NCBI RefSeq assembly: GCF_006345805.1 | Contig: NC_043010.1 | Span: forward strand, 46,438,001 to 46,502,000 | DNA: 64,000 bases | From: Octopus sinensis | Lineage: Eukaryota | Direction: 5' to 3' | In this document: positions 1 through 13,174 of the stretch, piece by piece | Position numbering within the stretch: the stretch's first letter is position 1 | Layout: every line of letters begins with the position of its first letter | Notes under the pieces: generated by a model | What the model saw: the letters and a program-made list of their open reading frames with translations, nothing else | Databases searched by the model: none | Told to the model about the DNA's origin: nothing | Translations under genes and position numbers: made by a program

Positions 1-63
1 ATATGATTGAAACCTGTGCAGCAATGTTTTGATCCATCCACTCATATTTATATATAATGGTTA

Positions 64-321
64 AGGCACATGGCTCAGTGGTTAGGGCATCAGGCTCACA
101 ATCACGAGTTAGTGAGTTCAGTTCCTGGACCGAGCTGTGTGTTGTGTTCTTGAGCATGACACTTTATTTCACGGTGCTCCAGTTTACTCAGCTGTAGAAA
201 TGAGTTGTGACATCACTGGTACCATGCTGTATCAGCCTTTGCCTTTCACTTGGATAACACCAGTGACATGGAGAAGGGAGGCTGGTATGCATAGGCAACT
301 GCTGGTCTTCCATAAACAGCC
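64..321 (+). mobile_element. tRNA-headed SINE with TGTTCTTGAGC...CACTTTATTTCAC...CCAGTTTACTCAGCTG central block
   Basis: A/B-box-like head; colinear relatives at about 951-1190, 6975-7255, 8081-8385 (minus), 15970-16200 and 48948-49225. Confidence 0.8.
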
Positions 322-497
322 TTGCAAGCTTCTTTATGTGAGTTTGTGTGTTGAAGCATATTCTGTTGAAAAGGTTGCAAGATGCAACGAAAATTTTAGG
401 AAAATAAAAATAAGAAATAAGTGGAAATTTTACCAGTGAGTGTGTTAAATTATAAGGCACAAAAAGAAAATGACTCTCCCTAGACACAACAGAATAT
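322..497. mobile_element. Internally inverted copy of the 41421-41586 element
   Basis: 322-368 matches the left part directly; 372-497 matches the remainder as reverse complement. Confidence 0.75.
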
Positions 498-1203
498 TAC
501 CTTGTAGCTATGTTAAAAGTAAAAGTGAACCCAACTTTTAATTAGTGAACACAAGTTTATTTAATTAAAGAAACCAATCATAAAAAATAATTATTGAATT
601 CTGATAGTTTATATGTAGCGGTTTTAGAGGCCCTTCTTCTAGCATTGCTTTAAATATTGCTTCAACCAAATGAAAAGCAAAAGGGATTAATTTTTGTTCC
701 CATTTTAAAGTTGAGCACTTAATATGACATCTGTTTGTAAAACATGGTAACAATTTATTCAAATTTTGAAATTTTAATGGGTCTCTGAAGTCATGCAATT
801 ATAAAATGAGTATGATATCGTACAGCTGCCACAGTGCTCCCCAGGAAGATTAAAACCTCTTGTTAGAAATTAGAACAGATAAAAATCTAGTGGGAATACC
901 TTCTATGGTTTTTGTTACAGGTGTGAATAAATGTCAGTATGATAATAATGGTGGAGGCGCGTGGCTTAGTGGTTAGGGTGTCAGCATCATGATCGTAAGA
1001 TTGTGGTTTTGATTCCTGGACTGGGCGACATGTTGTGTTCTTGAGCAAAACACTTCATTTCACGTTGCTCCAGTTCACTCAGCTGGCAAAAATGAGTAAC
1101 GCTGCAATGGACTTGTGTCCTGTCCAGCTGGGGAACACATACGCCATTGAAACCGGGCCCATGAGCTTGGCTAGGCTTTAAAAGGGCGCATATATATATT
1201 CAT

Positions 1204-1234
<31 letters not shown>

Positions 1235-1238
<4 letters not shown>

Positions 1239-2640
1239 TTTCTAATTTTGCCACAAGGGCAGAAATTTTGAGGGTGTGGTTCAGTCAATTACATCGACCC
1301 CAATGTTCAACTAGTACTTATTTTATTGACCCCCGAAAGGATGAAAGGCAAAGTCAACCTCAGCAGAAATTGAATTCAAGCATTTCGCCTGGTATACTAA
1401 CAATTCTGCCAGCTTGCCGTCTTCAATAATGATAATGATGATGATGATGATAATGCTTTCTAGTATAGGCACAAGGCCTGAAATTTTGGAAGAGGGGCGA
1501 GTCAATTACATTGACCCCAATGTTTGATTGATACTTATTTTGTCAACCCCGAGTAGATGAAAGGCAAAATTGATCTCAGTGGAATTTGAACTCATTATGT
1601 AAAGAGTCAGAAGATATGCTGTTGAGCATTTCATCCAATGCACTAAGAATTCTGTCAGCTCACTGTCTAAATAACAGTTTCAAATTTTGGTGCTAGGCCA
1701 GCATTTTCAAGGGGAGGAGTTAGCTGATTGCATCAACTGCAATATTTGATCAGTACTTTATTTTATTGATCCCGGTTGGATGAAAAGTGAAGTTGACTCC
1801 AGCAAAATTTGAACATAATGAGTAATAAGATACACCACTGCTGCTGTAACAGTTCTGCCAGAGAACCACCTTCATAATAATAATAATAATCCTTTCTGTT
1901 ATAGGTACGAGGCCTGAAATTTGGTGGGAGGGGACCAGTCGATTACATCAGCCCCAATGTGTAACTTGTACTTATTTCATTGACACTAAAAGGATGAAAA
2001 TCAAAGCCAACCTCAGCAGAATTTAAACTCAAAAAGTAAAGACAGATGAAACGCTGCTAAGCATTTTGCCCAGCATGCTAACGATTCTGCTAGCTCGCTG
2101 CCCTTATAATAATAATTATAATAATTTCTAATACAGGTTGAAGACCACAAATTAGTAGTTTGTGGGAAATTAGCTATTTAATAGACTTCACATTTATTCT
2201 CATTTTAATAATGAAAGGCAGATATGCTCTTGGCCAGAATTCAGAGATGTAACTAACTATTGCCAAGTCACACATGTGTTAGATGGTATAAATAATTATG
2301 TCAATCCCAATATGTGCCAGGTACTTATTTCATCAACCCTGGAGAAATGTGAGACAAAGTCAATTCTAGTGGTATTTGAATTCAACATGATTTAACTAAA
2401 TACTGTAGAATATTAAATCTGGCATTCTACATTTTCTGGCACTCTGCTGCCCTTATAATAATTATTTCTTCTACTAGCAGTTGGATTGAAATTCCAGGGG
2501 AAGGATAGCTAGTGAATTACATCAACCACAATGATCAACTGATACTTACTCTATTAACTCTGAAAGACGAAGGGTAAAGTTTACCTGGGCAGAATTTGAA
2601 CTCAAAATGTAATGAGTCAGGAGAAATGCTGCTAAGCATT
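1235..2640 (-). mobile_element. Head-to-tail nest of about six tRNA-derived SINEs separated by (AAT)n
   Basis: Repeated reverse complement of GAGCTGGCAGAA...GAGTTCAAATT...GTCAACTTTGCCTTTCATCCTTTCGGGGTCGATAAA...GTACCAG...GGCCTTGTGCC at about 1235, 1455, 1675, 1890, 2120 (degenerate) and 2460. Confidence 0.85.
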
Positions 2641-3207
2641 TTGTCCGACATACTCTTTTACTTGTTTCAGTCATGTGACTGTGGCCATGCTGGAGCACTG
2701 CCTTTAGTCGAGCAAATCGACCCCAGGACTTATTCTTTGTAAGCCTAGTACTTATTCTATCGGTCTCTTTTTTGCCAAACCACTAAGTTATGGGGACGTA
2801 AACGCACCAGCATCGGTTGTCAAGCGATGTGGGGGGGAGGACAAACACAGACACACAAACGCACACATACATATATACGACGGGCTTCTTTCAGTTTCCG
2901 TCTACCAAATCCACTCACAAGGCTTTGGTCAGCCCAAGGCTATAGTAGAAGACACTTACCCAAGATGCCATGCATAACGTAACGGCAGACAAAATACCGC
3001 TAAGCATTTCACCCGGCATGCTAACGTTTCTGCCAGCATAGCTAAATACTACCAAACATTTTCCCCAGTACTCTGTTGATAAGTATAAAGCCACAGTTTT
3101 TTGTGGGAAGATGTAAAGCTGATCAATTCAATTTTAATATTTGGTAAGATTTGAATCCAGAATATAAAGCGATGTAGCTATAAATAGAGTGACAGAAGCA
3201 GTATTAA

Positions 3208-3607
3208 TATCGAAAGGTAAATTAATCATCAATTAAATATAGATGCTGGACTAGAACACAGAAACACTACAATATTTACAAAAAGAGAAAAACCCTTACA
3301 TGGCTATTGGTACATATGGCTGTTTAGTACATAAAAGCACATCATAGCTATTACCAGTGGCAGACAATCACCACTGCTTCTGCTGCCAAGGCTGCCAGGT
3401 CAAGACCAAAAGAGGCTGAAATCACATGATCTAGTAGTACTTATAGCAGAAGTGGTGCTAAATGTCTACCACTGACAATAGCTACAATGTGCTTTTATGC
3501 ATTGTAAAACCATATGAGAGTTTTTTCTCTCTTTGTAAATATTGCAGTGCTTGTGTGTTCTAATGCAGCATCCACTCTTAAGTGGTGGCTATTTTACTTT
3601 TTAGATG
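3208..3607. repeat. Diverged inverted repeat (fold-back); core arms 3242-3384 and 3445-3572
   Basis: GATGCTGGACTAGAACACAG...CTTCTGCT versus AGCAGAAG...GTGTTCTAATGCAGCATC; weaker outer extension. Confidence 0.9.
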
Positions 3608-4423
3608 CAGCTGTATTCCACAATACATTTTGCTTGCTCTTCCATCGTCAATGACAATAATATTGGTTTCAAATTTTGGCACAAGGCCAGCAACTTCAGG
3701 TGAAGGGTAAGTCAATTACATCAACCCCAGTACTTGACTGGTACTTATTTTAACAACCCTGAAAGGTTGAAAAGCAAAGTCGACCTTGGTGGAGTTTGTC
3801 TTCAGAACGTAAAGATGGACAAAATGCCACTAAGCACTTTGCCTGGTGTTATAACAATTCTGCCAATGATTGCTGTTGCTTACATCAGCACAACAATTTG
3901 AGCTTGGGATGGATAGTCTACTATATCAATCCCAATCCAGAATTAGTATTTCTTTTACTGACTGGTACTTTTGTCTTGTTAACAGAAGGAAGAATTATAG
4001 TGTTGACATCAGCTGGAATTGAACTCAGATTATAAAGGGACATACATATCTAAATACTGCAACTCGGCAATGATAGTGATCTACATTCTGTATTATTTGT
4101 TGATATGTTATGATGGTAGTATATGGGTTGTTTCCTTCCGTTTCTTGTATCAGCACTAAATATCTATTTCTCCTTTCACGTTTCCATTCACAAGATTTAT
4201 TCAGGTTTACCACATAAAGATGAGTTTCTTTATACTACATACATCTTGACACGACACATCCTCTTGTCCACATCTCTTAAAATAATCACATTATACATGT
4301 GATAAAGAAATCTTTAGATTTCGACTGCTTGTTATGGAAAGTTTCTGATAAAAGTCAAAGCAATTTCATCTTAGTGCTTTGCTGAAGAGATATAATTTAG
4401 ACTGTTTCTGTTTTGTTTCTGTT

Positions 4424-4571
<148 letters not shown>

Positions 4572-5279
4572 CCTGCCATATTTCTGTTTTATTGCTTGGG
4601 ACAGCTTTGCCGAATGAAATTGCAGTTTGTGATATGGAAAATGAGAAGTGATGGCCCAGCAGACTCCCAAACAGAATCCATTCAGATATTAAATCTGATG
4701 TGAAATGAAAAGCAGGCCAACTTGATTTATGGCCAAAATAAAATTAGCAATTAATTCATGGAAACTACCATAGATATCCAGTCCATCTGCTTGTCACATC
4801 AAAAGCTATTTCCAAATTGTAAATTGGTTTAGAGAATATATTTGAAAATATCTATGAAAGAATGTTTGATTTCAAGAGGAGGATGGAGTAACATGAATTA
4901 AATATCTCTCCCCGTTTTCTAATTTCTTTATTATAATATATATAACATATATATATATATATATATTACTGTAGATGATTTTTTACAACCTGAACAAATA
5001 GTTAACATTTACTTTCACCCTTTGAAGCTTGATGCAACATACCATAATTTTATAAAGGTGCTGAAGCATAGCAGATCAAACAACTGACTATTTTTAAATG
5101 TTTTATACTAAAGTGAAAGCAGAATTTAAATACTAGCTGTGAAGTTGATTGGTTAAAGTAGTAGTCATTTGCTCACTCACATAGTTTTTCTTTCATTTGT
5201 TGTTGTTTTTTCATCTTCCTCTTTTTGTTTTGTTTTTGTTGTGTTTTTAAAGCACCAGATTATTTATTTTAATAATTAA

Positions 5280-5486
5280 CCCTTTAACATTTAAACCATC
5301 AATATCTGGCCCGAACATTCTATCTGTTTTATGTTCAAACTGGCCAGATCTGGCTTCTTACACTTACCCTACAGTGTCATGCTAAAAACATACAATCACA
5401 TCATCAAAATATCAAAGCCACAAGATAATGCATGATTAATTCAAAGCAATGTAAATAAATAAGCATTACATTTGAATGCTAAAAGG
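5280..5486 (+). mobile_element. piggyBac-type MITE
   Basis: TTAA on both sides; ends CCCTTTAACATT / AATGCTAAAAGG. Confidence 0.85.
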
Positions 5487-7519
5487 TTAAAGAAGTGGTG
5501 TTTATTTTTGACAAAATAAATATCTGTGTGACATGCACTGATGTTTCATGTCTAAACTATGCTTTCAGTGCTCGGGGAAGTTAACTAGATATTTCAATTA
5601 CCATATTCATTAACCAACTTAACATTACAAAGACTTGATAAATTTTATGGCTGCTTTGAAATAATTTATTTGGGGAATAAAATCCAGTATTAAACTTTTT
5701 GTTATTCTCAGTGCTCTAAATAGATGACATAAAGTTGTAATATCTATATTTCTATGCTAGCATTTTGTTAGATAAGGTCACTCTGACAATCTCCGATATA
5801 TTTCTCGATTCTTAGCTAGTTTCCATGTAAACTTCTAGCTCCGTGACATTGGCTTTTATTAACATTCTCACTTTCCTTTAACACATCCATACTCTGGCAG
5901 CAATTATATTCATTGCCTTTTTCCTCTAAGTTCTTCTTTATTAGTTATTTTCCGCATAGCTACATCGGATTTAATCTATTCTTGATCCTTCTAATGTTCT
6001 AAATACTTATCAGCATTTCTCAGATATAACAAACCCTTCTAGTCTTGTGCCACTACACAGCTTGCTCTTAATATGCTGTGTCTTCAGCTTTTATAAAATA
6101 TTTAATACCTGTAATTTTTATTGTAGTATCATTTCAATGTTTATTTCAGGTGTATGCAACCTTGCTCCATTTTTCTCTCTCCTTCTATATCTTCCTTCTT
6201 CCTTTCTCTCATCCCCTTCCCTTTCTCTCTCTTTCTCCCCATTCCTCTCTCTCTCTCTCTCTCTCTTGCTCTCTATTTCCCTCCCTCTTCTCTCTCTCTA
6301 TCTCTTTGACTTCCCTCAAATAAAATGCATACATTATCAATGAGGCATTATTAATTCCACTCCCATTGACTTCAAAGTATGTTAATCTTTGGAATATTCT
6401 TGTGAAAAGCAATACTACTTAACAATATATTTGACTCTTGTCTTAGATGTCTTTTTATTCAATCTTAATTCCAGTTTAACTCTTGGGAGTACCATTATCG
6501 CATACGTCTTTATTCCTCCTATCAATTGTATTTCAATATGAAAACATCTTTTGCAAATGGTAAAAGGAAAAACAAAAAGCACACAGAAATAACAAAAACA
6601 AGCAATCCTTATATGATGGTTGGATCAATCTGTCAGCCCACCATTTTTAGTGCCATGAAGATGAAAGAACTAATCTCTTCAAATGTATATACCTTCCTTT
6701 GTCTATAGAGATTCAGATACGTATGTTTTTACAGAATGTGAATAATACTCTTGTTCATTTTTTTTTTCCTTTTCTTTTTGCCGTCTTGAAAAAATCACTT
6801 TTGGTGCGGCTGTGTGGTGAGAAGTTTGCTTCCGAAACACATGGTTTTGAGTTCGGTCCCAACTGTGTGGGACCTTGGACAAATGTCTTTTACTATAGCC
6901 TCAGGTCAACCAAAGCCTTTTGAGTGGATTTTGTAGGCAGAAACTGAAAAGAGCTCATCATATGTGTGTGGTGAAAGCATGTAGCTTAATGTTTAGAGTA
7001 TTTGGCTCCTGATCATAAGGTAATAATGAGTTCGATACCTGGTGACATGTCGTGTCCTTTGGCAAGACACTTTATTTCAGATTGCCCCCGTCCACTCAGC
7101 TGGCAAAAATGAGTAGTACCTGTATTTCAAAGGGCCAGCTTTGACACATTTTGTGTCACACTGAATCTCCTTGAGTCTCCCACTTGTGCCTTAATTTTAG
7201 GATCAGACTGTTCCATTGATCAGATCAACTGTGACCCTCATCACCATAGCTAATAGAGTGCCAGTTATATATATGTGTATGTATGTATGTTACTGTCACC
7301 TTGTCTTGACATCACATGATAGTTGTAAACGAGTATCACCTTCATGCAAGCAGTGTCTTTCTTTCTCAATCTTCCATGAAAACACGTCTGGTCATGGGGA
7401 AATATTGCCTTAACTGATGACTAGTGAGGGTTGGTGACAAGAAGGGCATCCAATTGCAGAAAATCTGCATCTCCAAAATTCTGTCTGGCCCATACAAACA
7501 TGGAAAAGTAGATGTTAAA

Positions 7520-7551
<32 letters not shown>

Positions 7552-8986
7552 GGTGGTGGTGGTGGTGGTGGTGGTGATGATGATGATGCTACTACTCCCG
7601 GTTCTACAGTATGAAGGAAATGAATTGGTGTTGAAAATAGATGTAACTGATTTCAAATTTCAATAAATCAACAGAGAGTATAGAGGAGGTAAAAATAGGA
7701 TGTATTATAAGAATGATTAAATAAGAACTGGAATAATGGTTTATATAATACTACTGCATGTGTAATTAATTATTAAATATCATGACAAATTCTGCTGATT
7801 GATGTTTAATTACTGAAATAAATGAATCCAAAGCTATCATATTAGTTACTAGAAAAGCGAGGTGGTGTCGTTCTTCATTACCTTAATCAAGCAGACTTAT
7901 AATTAAATGCATTCCAACCATGACTATCCCATCTATTTAGAGGTATCTGGAGCTATGTTATCTAATATTTCTCTTCTTTTTCAAGTGAGAGTGTGTGATA
8001 TGAAGATTTTATTGCTATTTCTAGCAGATAAATGCAACTGGCCTTCTCTTTGGGTTGTAAATAATTGGCACTTTGTCAGTTACAATGATGACGGTTCCAG
8101 TTGATCCACTCTACAGAACAACCTGCTTGTGAAATCAACATGCAAATGGTTGAGCACTCCACAGACACATGTACCCATAACATAGTTTTCAAGGAGATTT
8201 ACTGTGACACAGAATGTGACAAAGGTGGCCCTTTGAAATACAGGTACTACATTTTTGCCACCTGAGTGGACTGGAGCAACATAAACTAAAGTGTCTTGGT
8301 CAAGGACACAACATCCCTGGGAATTGAATTCATAACCTGACAGTTTTGGGCCAAATACCCCAACCACTAAGCCATGCACCTTCATTTAAATTGTAAAAGG
8401 AATGTGAATAAAGCATCATCTTTTTACCAAAAGATTTTTCAAATTTTTTTTTTTTTGTTCATACCATCATGAATTTTCTTGGCTTAGCACTTCTCAATGT
8501 TTCCTTTAATAATGGTTTCAAATTTCGCCACAAGAACACCAATTTTGGGAGAGAGGATGAGTCAATTACATCAACCCAGTGTTCAACCAGTACTTATTTT
8601 ATCGACCCCGAAAGGGTGAAAGGCAAAACTGACATCAGCGGAATTTGAACTCAGAACGTAAAGACAGACGAAATGCCACTAAGCATTCCATCTGGTGTGC
8701 TAACAATTCTTAATTTTTTATTATCCATAAGGACATTCATAGAAGCTAACAATTCTACCAGCTCACCACCTTTAATGTGTCCTTTAATAATAAATGAGAA
8801 TAAATTAGTGAATCAATTAATTTGAATCAAAGCTGTTTCTTAATACATATGGTTTTTAATGACATAAAATAAAACAAAATACAATTTCTTTATATTTTTT
8901 CTACAGTTAAATAAATTTTGATTTGAATACAAAAATACTGACGTTTATATAATTTGAAACGAATATTCAAAATGTTCCTTCCTTTA

Positions 8987-9214
8987 CCCTTTAGCATTTA
9001 AACCAGCCATATCCATCTCAGACATTCTACCTGTTTTGTGTTCAAACCAGCCAGATCTGGCTATTCACATTTACTTTACAATTTCATTTTAAAACTAAAT
9101 GATCACATCATCAAAATCTCAAAGCTGCAAGAAAATGTAAGATTAATTCAAAATAATGTGCATAAATAAGCGTTATATTTTACAGTGTAATATGAATGCC
9201 AAATCTGAATGGAG
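8987..9214 (+). mobile_element. piggyBac-type MITE, same family, degenerate ends
   Basis: CCCTTTAGCATTTAAACCAGCCATATCC... colinear with 5280-5486. Confidence 0.75.
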
Positions 9215-9294
9215 TTAAAGACTCCATTCGGCATTATTTAGCAGCATAAAAATGGCAATAAATTGATGGCTTATGATTTCCCATATCTTTTATC

Positions 9295-9490
9295 TTTTTT
9301 TCAGTCATTTGACTGTGAACATGCTAGGGCACTGCCCTGAAGGATTTTAGTTGAACAAATTGACGCCAGGACTTTTTTTTTAAAGCCTAGTACTTATTCT
9401 ATTGGTCTCTTTTGCCGAACCACTAAGTTACATGGACGTGAACACACCAACACTAATTATCAAGCAGTGGTGGGGAGACAAACACAGACA

Positions 9491-9535
<45 letters not shown>

Positions 9536-9690
9536 CGATGGGCTTCTTTCAGTTTTGGTCTACCAAATCCACTCACAAGGCTTTGGTCGGTATGAGGCTG
9601 TAGCAGGAGACACTTTTCCTAGGTGCCACACAGCAGGACTGAACCTGGAACCATGTGGTTGGGAAACAAACTTCTCACCACACAGCCATG
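9295..9690 (-). mobile_element. Composite SINE, reverse
   Basis: Same blocks. Further reverse copies at about 2655-2975, 14570-14730, 27025-27470 and 36905-37250. Confidence 0.85.
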
Positions 9691-11688
9691 CTCAAGAACA
9701 GAAACTTTATTTAAGTATTGCATTGTATAGTTAAGGCAAGAAACATTAATCTGGTGGCTTTTGGTCCACATGCTGGCATCGTGTAATAATCCAACCTCAT
9801 TGCAGCTTGCTTTGTAGAGATGGGTTCTTGCTGAAAAATTTTAACTTGATAAAAAAGGAAATGTCTGAATTTGAAAAAAAAATTCCCACTGGTGGCTATG
9901 TGGAAGAATGTTTAATGCTTTAATCATTTAGCTACTGTGTCTCATTATGATTAAAGAATAACCGAAACAGCACGCTTAGGAACAGAGGATATTAGAAATA
10001 GCCTACAGGTTTATTATTCCGTGTAACAAACTGTGTAGGAAAAACAAGCTGGAACTCCATTAACATTAATAAACACACAAGTCTCCTGTGATATCTGGTA
10101 ACTCTTAATAAAAGCCAAATTATAAAATTTGACCACAAACATTTAATGTAAAATTTATTTTACTAAATTAATTATTTCTCTATTTAGTCACCATCAGTAT
10201 GTTTGATATTTTGTTGACTAGTTTCCAACTATCTGGTTTTGATCTGCTTCTCGGTTGTTCCTCTAGGAATCCAACCTTAATTACATTTTACTCTTCTGTG
10301 AGAGCAAGACAAATATTTCTCCACAGTTTCCAATCTATTGCTGATATAAGCATTTTATTGAATCAAACCCCATATCGCAATGTTTAACCACAATATTATC
10401 TTGTAGGAAATAACTTTTTGCTCACTCACCCTTTATTGTACAGTGTAACTTAGGCAACACTTTCCAATATACTTCTTTTTTTTTCTAAGACAATAAGTTG
10501 CAATTTGAGAGACATTTAACTGTTATCTCTAGAAGGTCAAGCCATACATAGAGATTCCCCATTAGCTTGAGTTTCATGTTTGTTTGTTTGTGGTGTTATA
10601 CACCATGCAACCTCTGATACCTTCTTCATCTGTTACCAGTACAGAAGGCATCTAACTGAAAGCCTTTGCCACATTAGAATTCAAAAGTACATATTTGGAA
10701 ACTTCCTTATGTTGCTATTCAGAGACCAGTACAAGAAAAAAAATGTCTTATGGTTTCATCCTTTACCTTTTATGTTCTTTTCTTTTCTTTACCATGTCTT
10801 CCAAGTTACTTGGTGATCTTACTAGTGCCAGTATCATGGGAAAAGCACCCAGTACACACTGTAAGGTAGTTAGTGTTAGGAAGGGCATCCAGCCACAGAA
10901 ACCATACCAAAGCTGATATTAACTGTTTGAACACTTAGGCACATCATGTAGCCATTCAGGTTTTCTCCCCTGTAGCTGATGGTGCATTGTGTCGAATTCA
11001 GAGAGGAGACAACTCATATAGTGACATGATGCACCTACAGTTTGCTGAAGGTTTAGGCCTGGAGCAGCTCTGCAGCTCACCAGATCCTGTCAAACTTATC
11101 ATGCTAGCATGGAAAATGGACATTAAATGATGATGGGATTAAAGACGACTGAAACAATACAATTAAGAACAGAAAGCTAACCACTCCCTTTGTTTTACTT
11201 CACTTGCACACTCACTCTCCAACCTAGTGGTTCTCAACCATTTTTTGCCTATTGACCCCTTTGATTCCTATTTTACTCGGATGGACCCTCCTAGTCAATT
11301 GATGTTTAAAAAATTCTATTATATCACTAGATGTAGCAAGTGACAAAGCCAATGATGGACTCTCTATGCTAGAAATAACCAAATTTTCCTCAAATTACAC
11401 TCTAACATCTTACAAAAAACAAAACATTAGATGTTGTCATAGTCAACCCTTTCTCTACTCTAAAAATGAGATTGAAACCATTATCTTCCAATTGCAAGTG
11501 CAACACCTTAACCACTAGGCTACAGGTATTCACACTAATTGTATTAAGTTATATTTTCTTAAACTGACAGAAGGATGCAAATTTATTTGCAGGGAGCATA
11601 GTGAATTGACTTATCACCATTATATGCCTAGTATTTATTTGATTAACTTCAGCTTGACTGAAAAGTAAGCCATTCCCATTAGGATTTT

Positions 11689-12016
11689 TTTTTTTTTTTT
11701 TTTTTTTTTTGTTGTTTGTTCCTTCTCAATCCATGCCTGGCTCATAAGGGCCAGTTTCCCGGTTTCATTGAGGTAAAGCTTCCCCACCTGGGCGGGACGC
11801 CGGTCCGTCGCAGGTGAGCTGCAAGATGCAGGAGGAAAGAGTGCAAGAAAGTTGTGGTGAAAGAGTCAGCTGAAGTTCACCATTAACTTCTGCTGGAGCT
11901 GCATGGAGCTTAGGTGTTTTCGCTCATAAACACACACATCGCCCAGTTTGAGATTCGAACCCGCAATCCCTTGACTGCGAGTCCGCTGCTCTAACCACTA
12001 GGCCATGTGCCTCCAC
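11689..12016 (-). mobile_element. Full-length tRNA-headed SINE with poly(A) tail and TSD
   Basis: Head GGAGGCACATGGCCTAGTGGTTAGAGCAGCGGACTCGCAGTCAAGGGATTGCGGGTTCGAATC; T-run at 11685-11710; CCATTAGGATTTT at 11676-11688 and 12016-12028. Confidence 0.9.
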
Positions 12017-12681
12017 CATTAGGATTTTGGGTTATATGTATGAATTATATAATTATGTGTGTTCAAATTATTTTTTATATTTTGTCATACAAAACCTAAG
12101 AGGGATTAGTACATAATTTCACATATAAGTGAGTATTTTCTATAACCATTCTTCTCATTCTTATGTCATTTTATCTACAAGACCCAATATTTTCAGATCA
12201 GTTACCACAAATTTCTTCCCCTGCCTTCCTTATTTTCGTTTTCTGCTTCAATTAGATAATAGCCATAGTAGAAACACACTCCAAGAAAGATATTGTAAGA
12301 ATATAAGTTCTTCTGACAAGAGAACGAAAAGAATGATGATAGGCCATGCAGCAGAATCCCATATAATTCTTATGTTGGTTTCAGGAACAAAAACCATCAG
12401 TTCAAATAATGATAAGAATGTTGATACGGATGAAAGGAACTTAAAATTATTACTCAGTATTAAAACTGTTTATTTTGCTGATTTCAGCAGAGCACAGCTG
12501 CTGGCTGTATATACAAACATGGTAGCAGAACTAATTCCTAATTTACTATATATATAATGTTGCCCCAATATGTTCAACATATGTCTGCGGTTTCTGACGT
12601 AACTTTATACCAACTTACATTCCTTTTAAGAAGACATCAGGAAAATTATTTCTTTCTGCTTCAAAAAGATCGTGTTGTTAA

Positions 12682-12773
12682 TGTATGTACATGTGTGTGA
12701 GCATGTATGTATGTCCATGTGTGTGTGTGTATGTGTGTGTATATATATATATGTGTGTGTGTGTATATATATG

Positions 12774-12804
<31 letters not shown>

Positions 12805-12859
12805 GTGTGTATATATATATGTATATATATATATACACACACACATATATATATGTATG

Positions 12860-12893
<34 letters not shown>

Positions 12894-13116
12894 TGTGTAT
12901 ATATATGTATATATATATATGTGTGTGTATATATATATGTGTGTATGTATATATATATATATGTGTATGTATATATATGTATATATATATATGTGTGTAT
13001 ATATATATGTGTGTATGTATATATATATATATATGTGTATATATATGTATATATTATATATATATATATGTGTATGTATATATATATATGTGTATGTATA
13101 TATATATATGTGTATG

Positions 13117-13155
<39 letters not shown>

Positions 13156-13174
13156 TTGTGTATATATATATATA
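12682..13174. repeat. About 490-bp mixed (TA)n/(TG)n alternating purine-pyrimidine tract
   Basis: Direct. Confidence 0.98.

Noticed and set aside
64-135. tRNA-like heads with A/B boxes (also about 951, 11950, 39200 and 52335)
   Set aside because: They continue into SINE bodies and lack a complete cloverleaf; not tRNA genes.
12129-12557. 142-codon + strand ORF in apparently unique DNA, with a possible 39-nt phase 1-1 microexon at 12256-12294
   Set aside because: No recognisable motif, non-ATG start and weak donor. One ORF of this length is near chance expectation in 64 kb.
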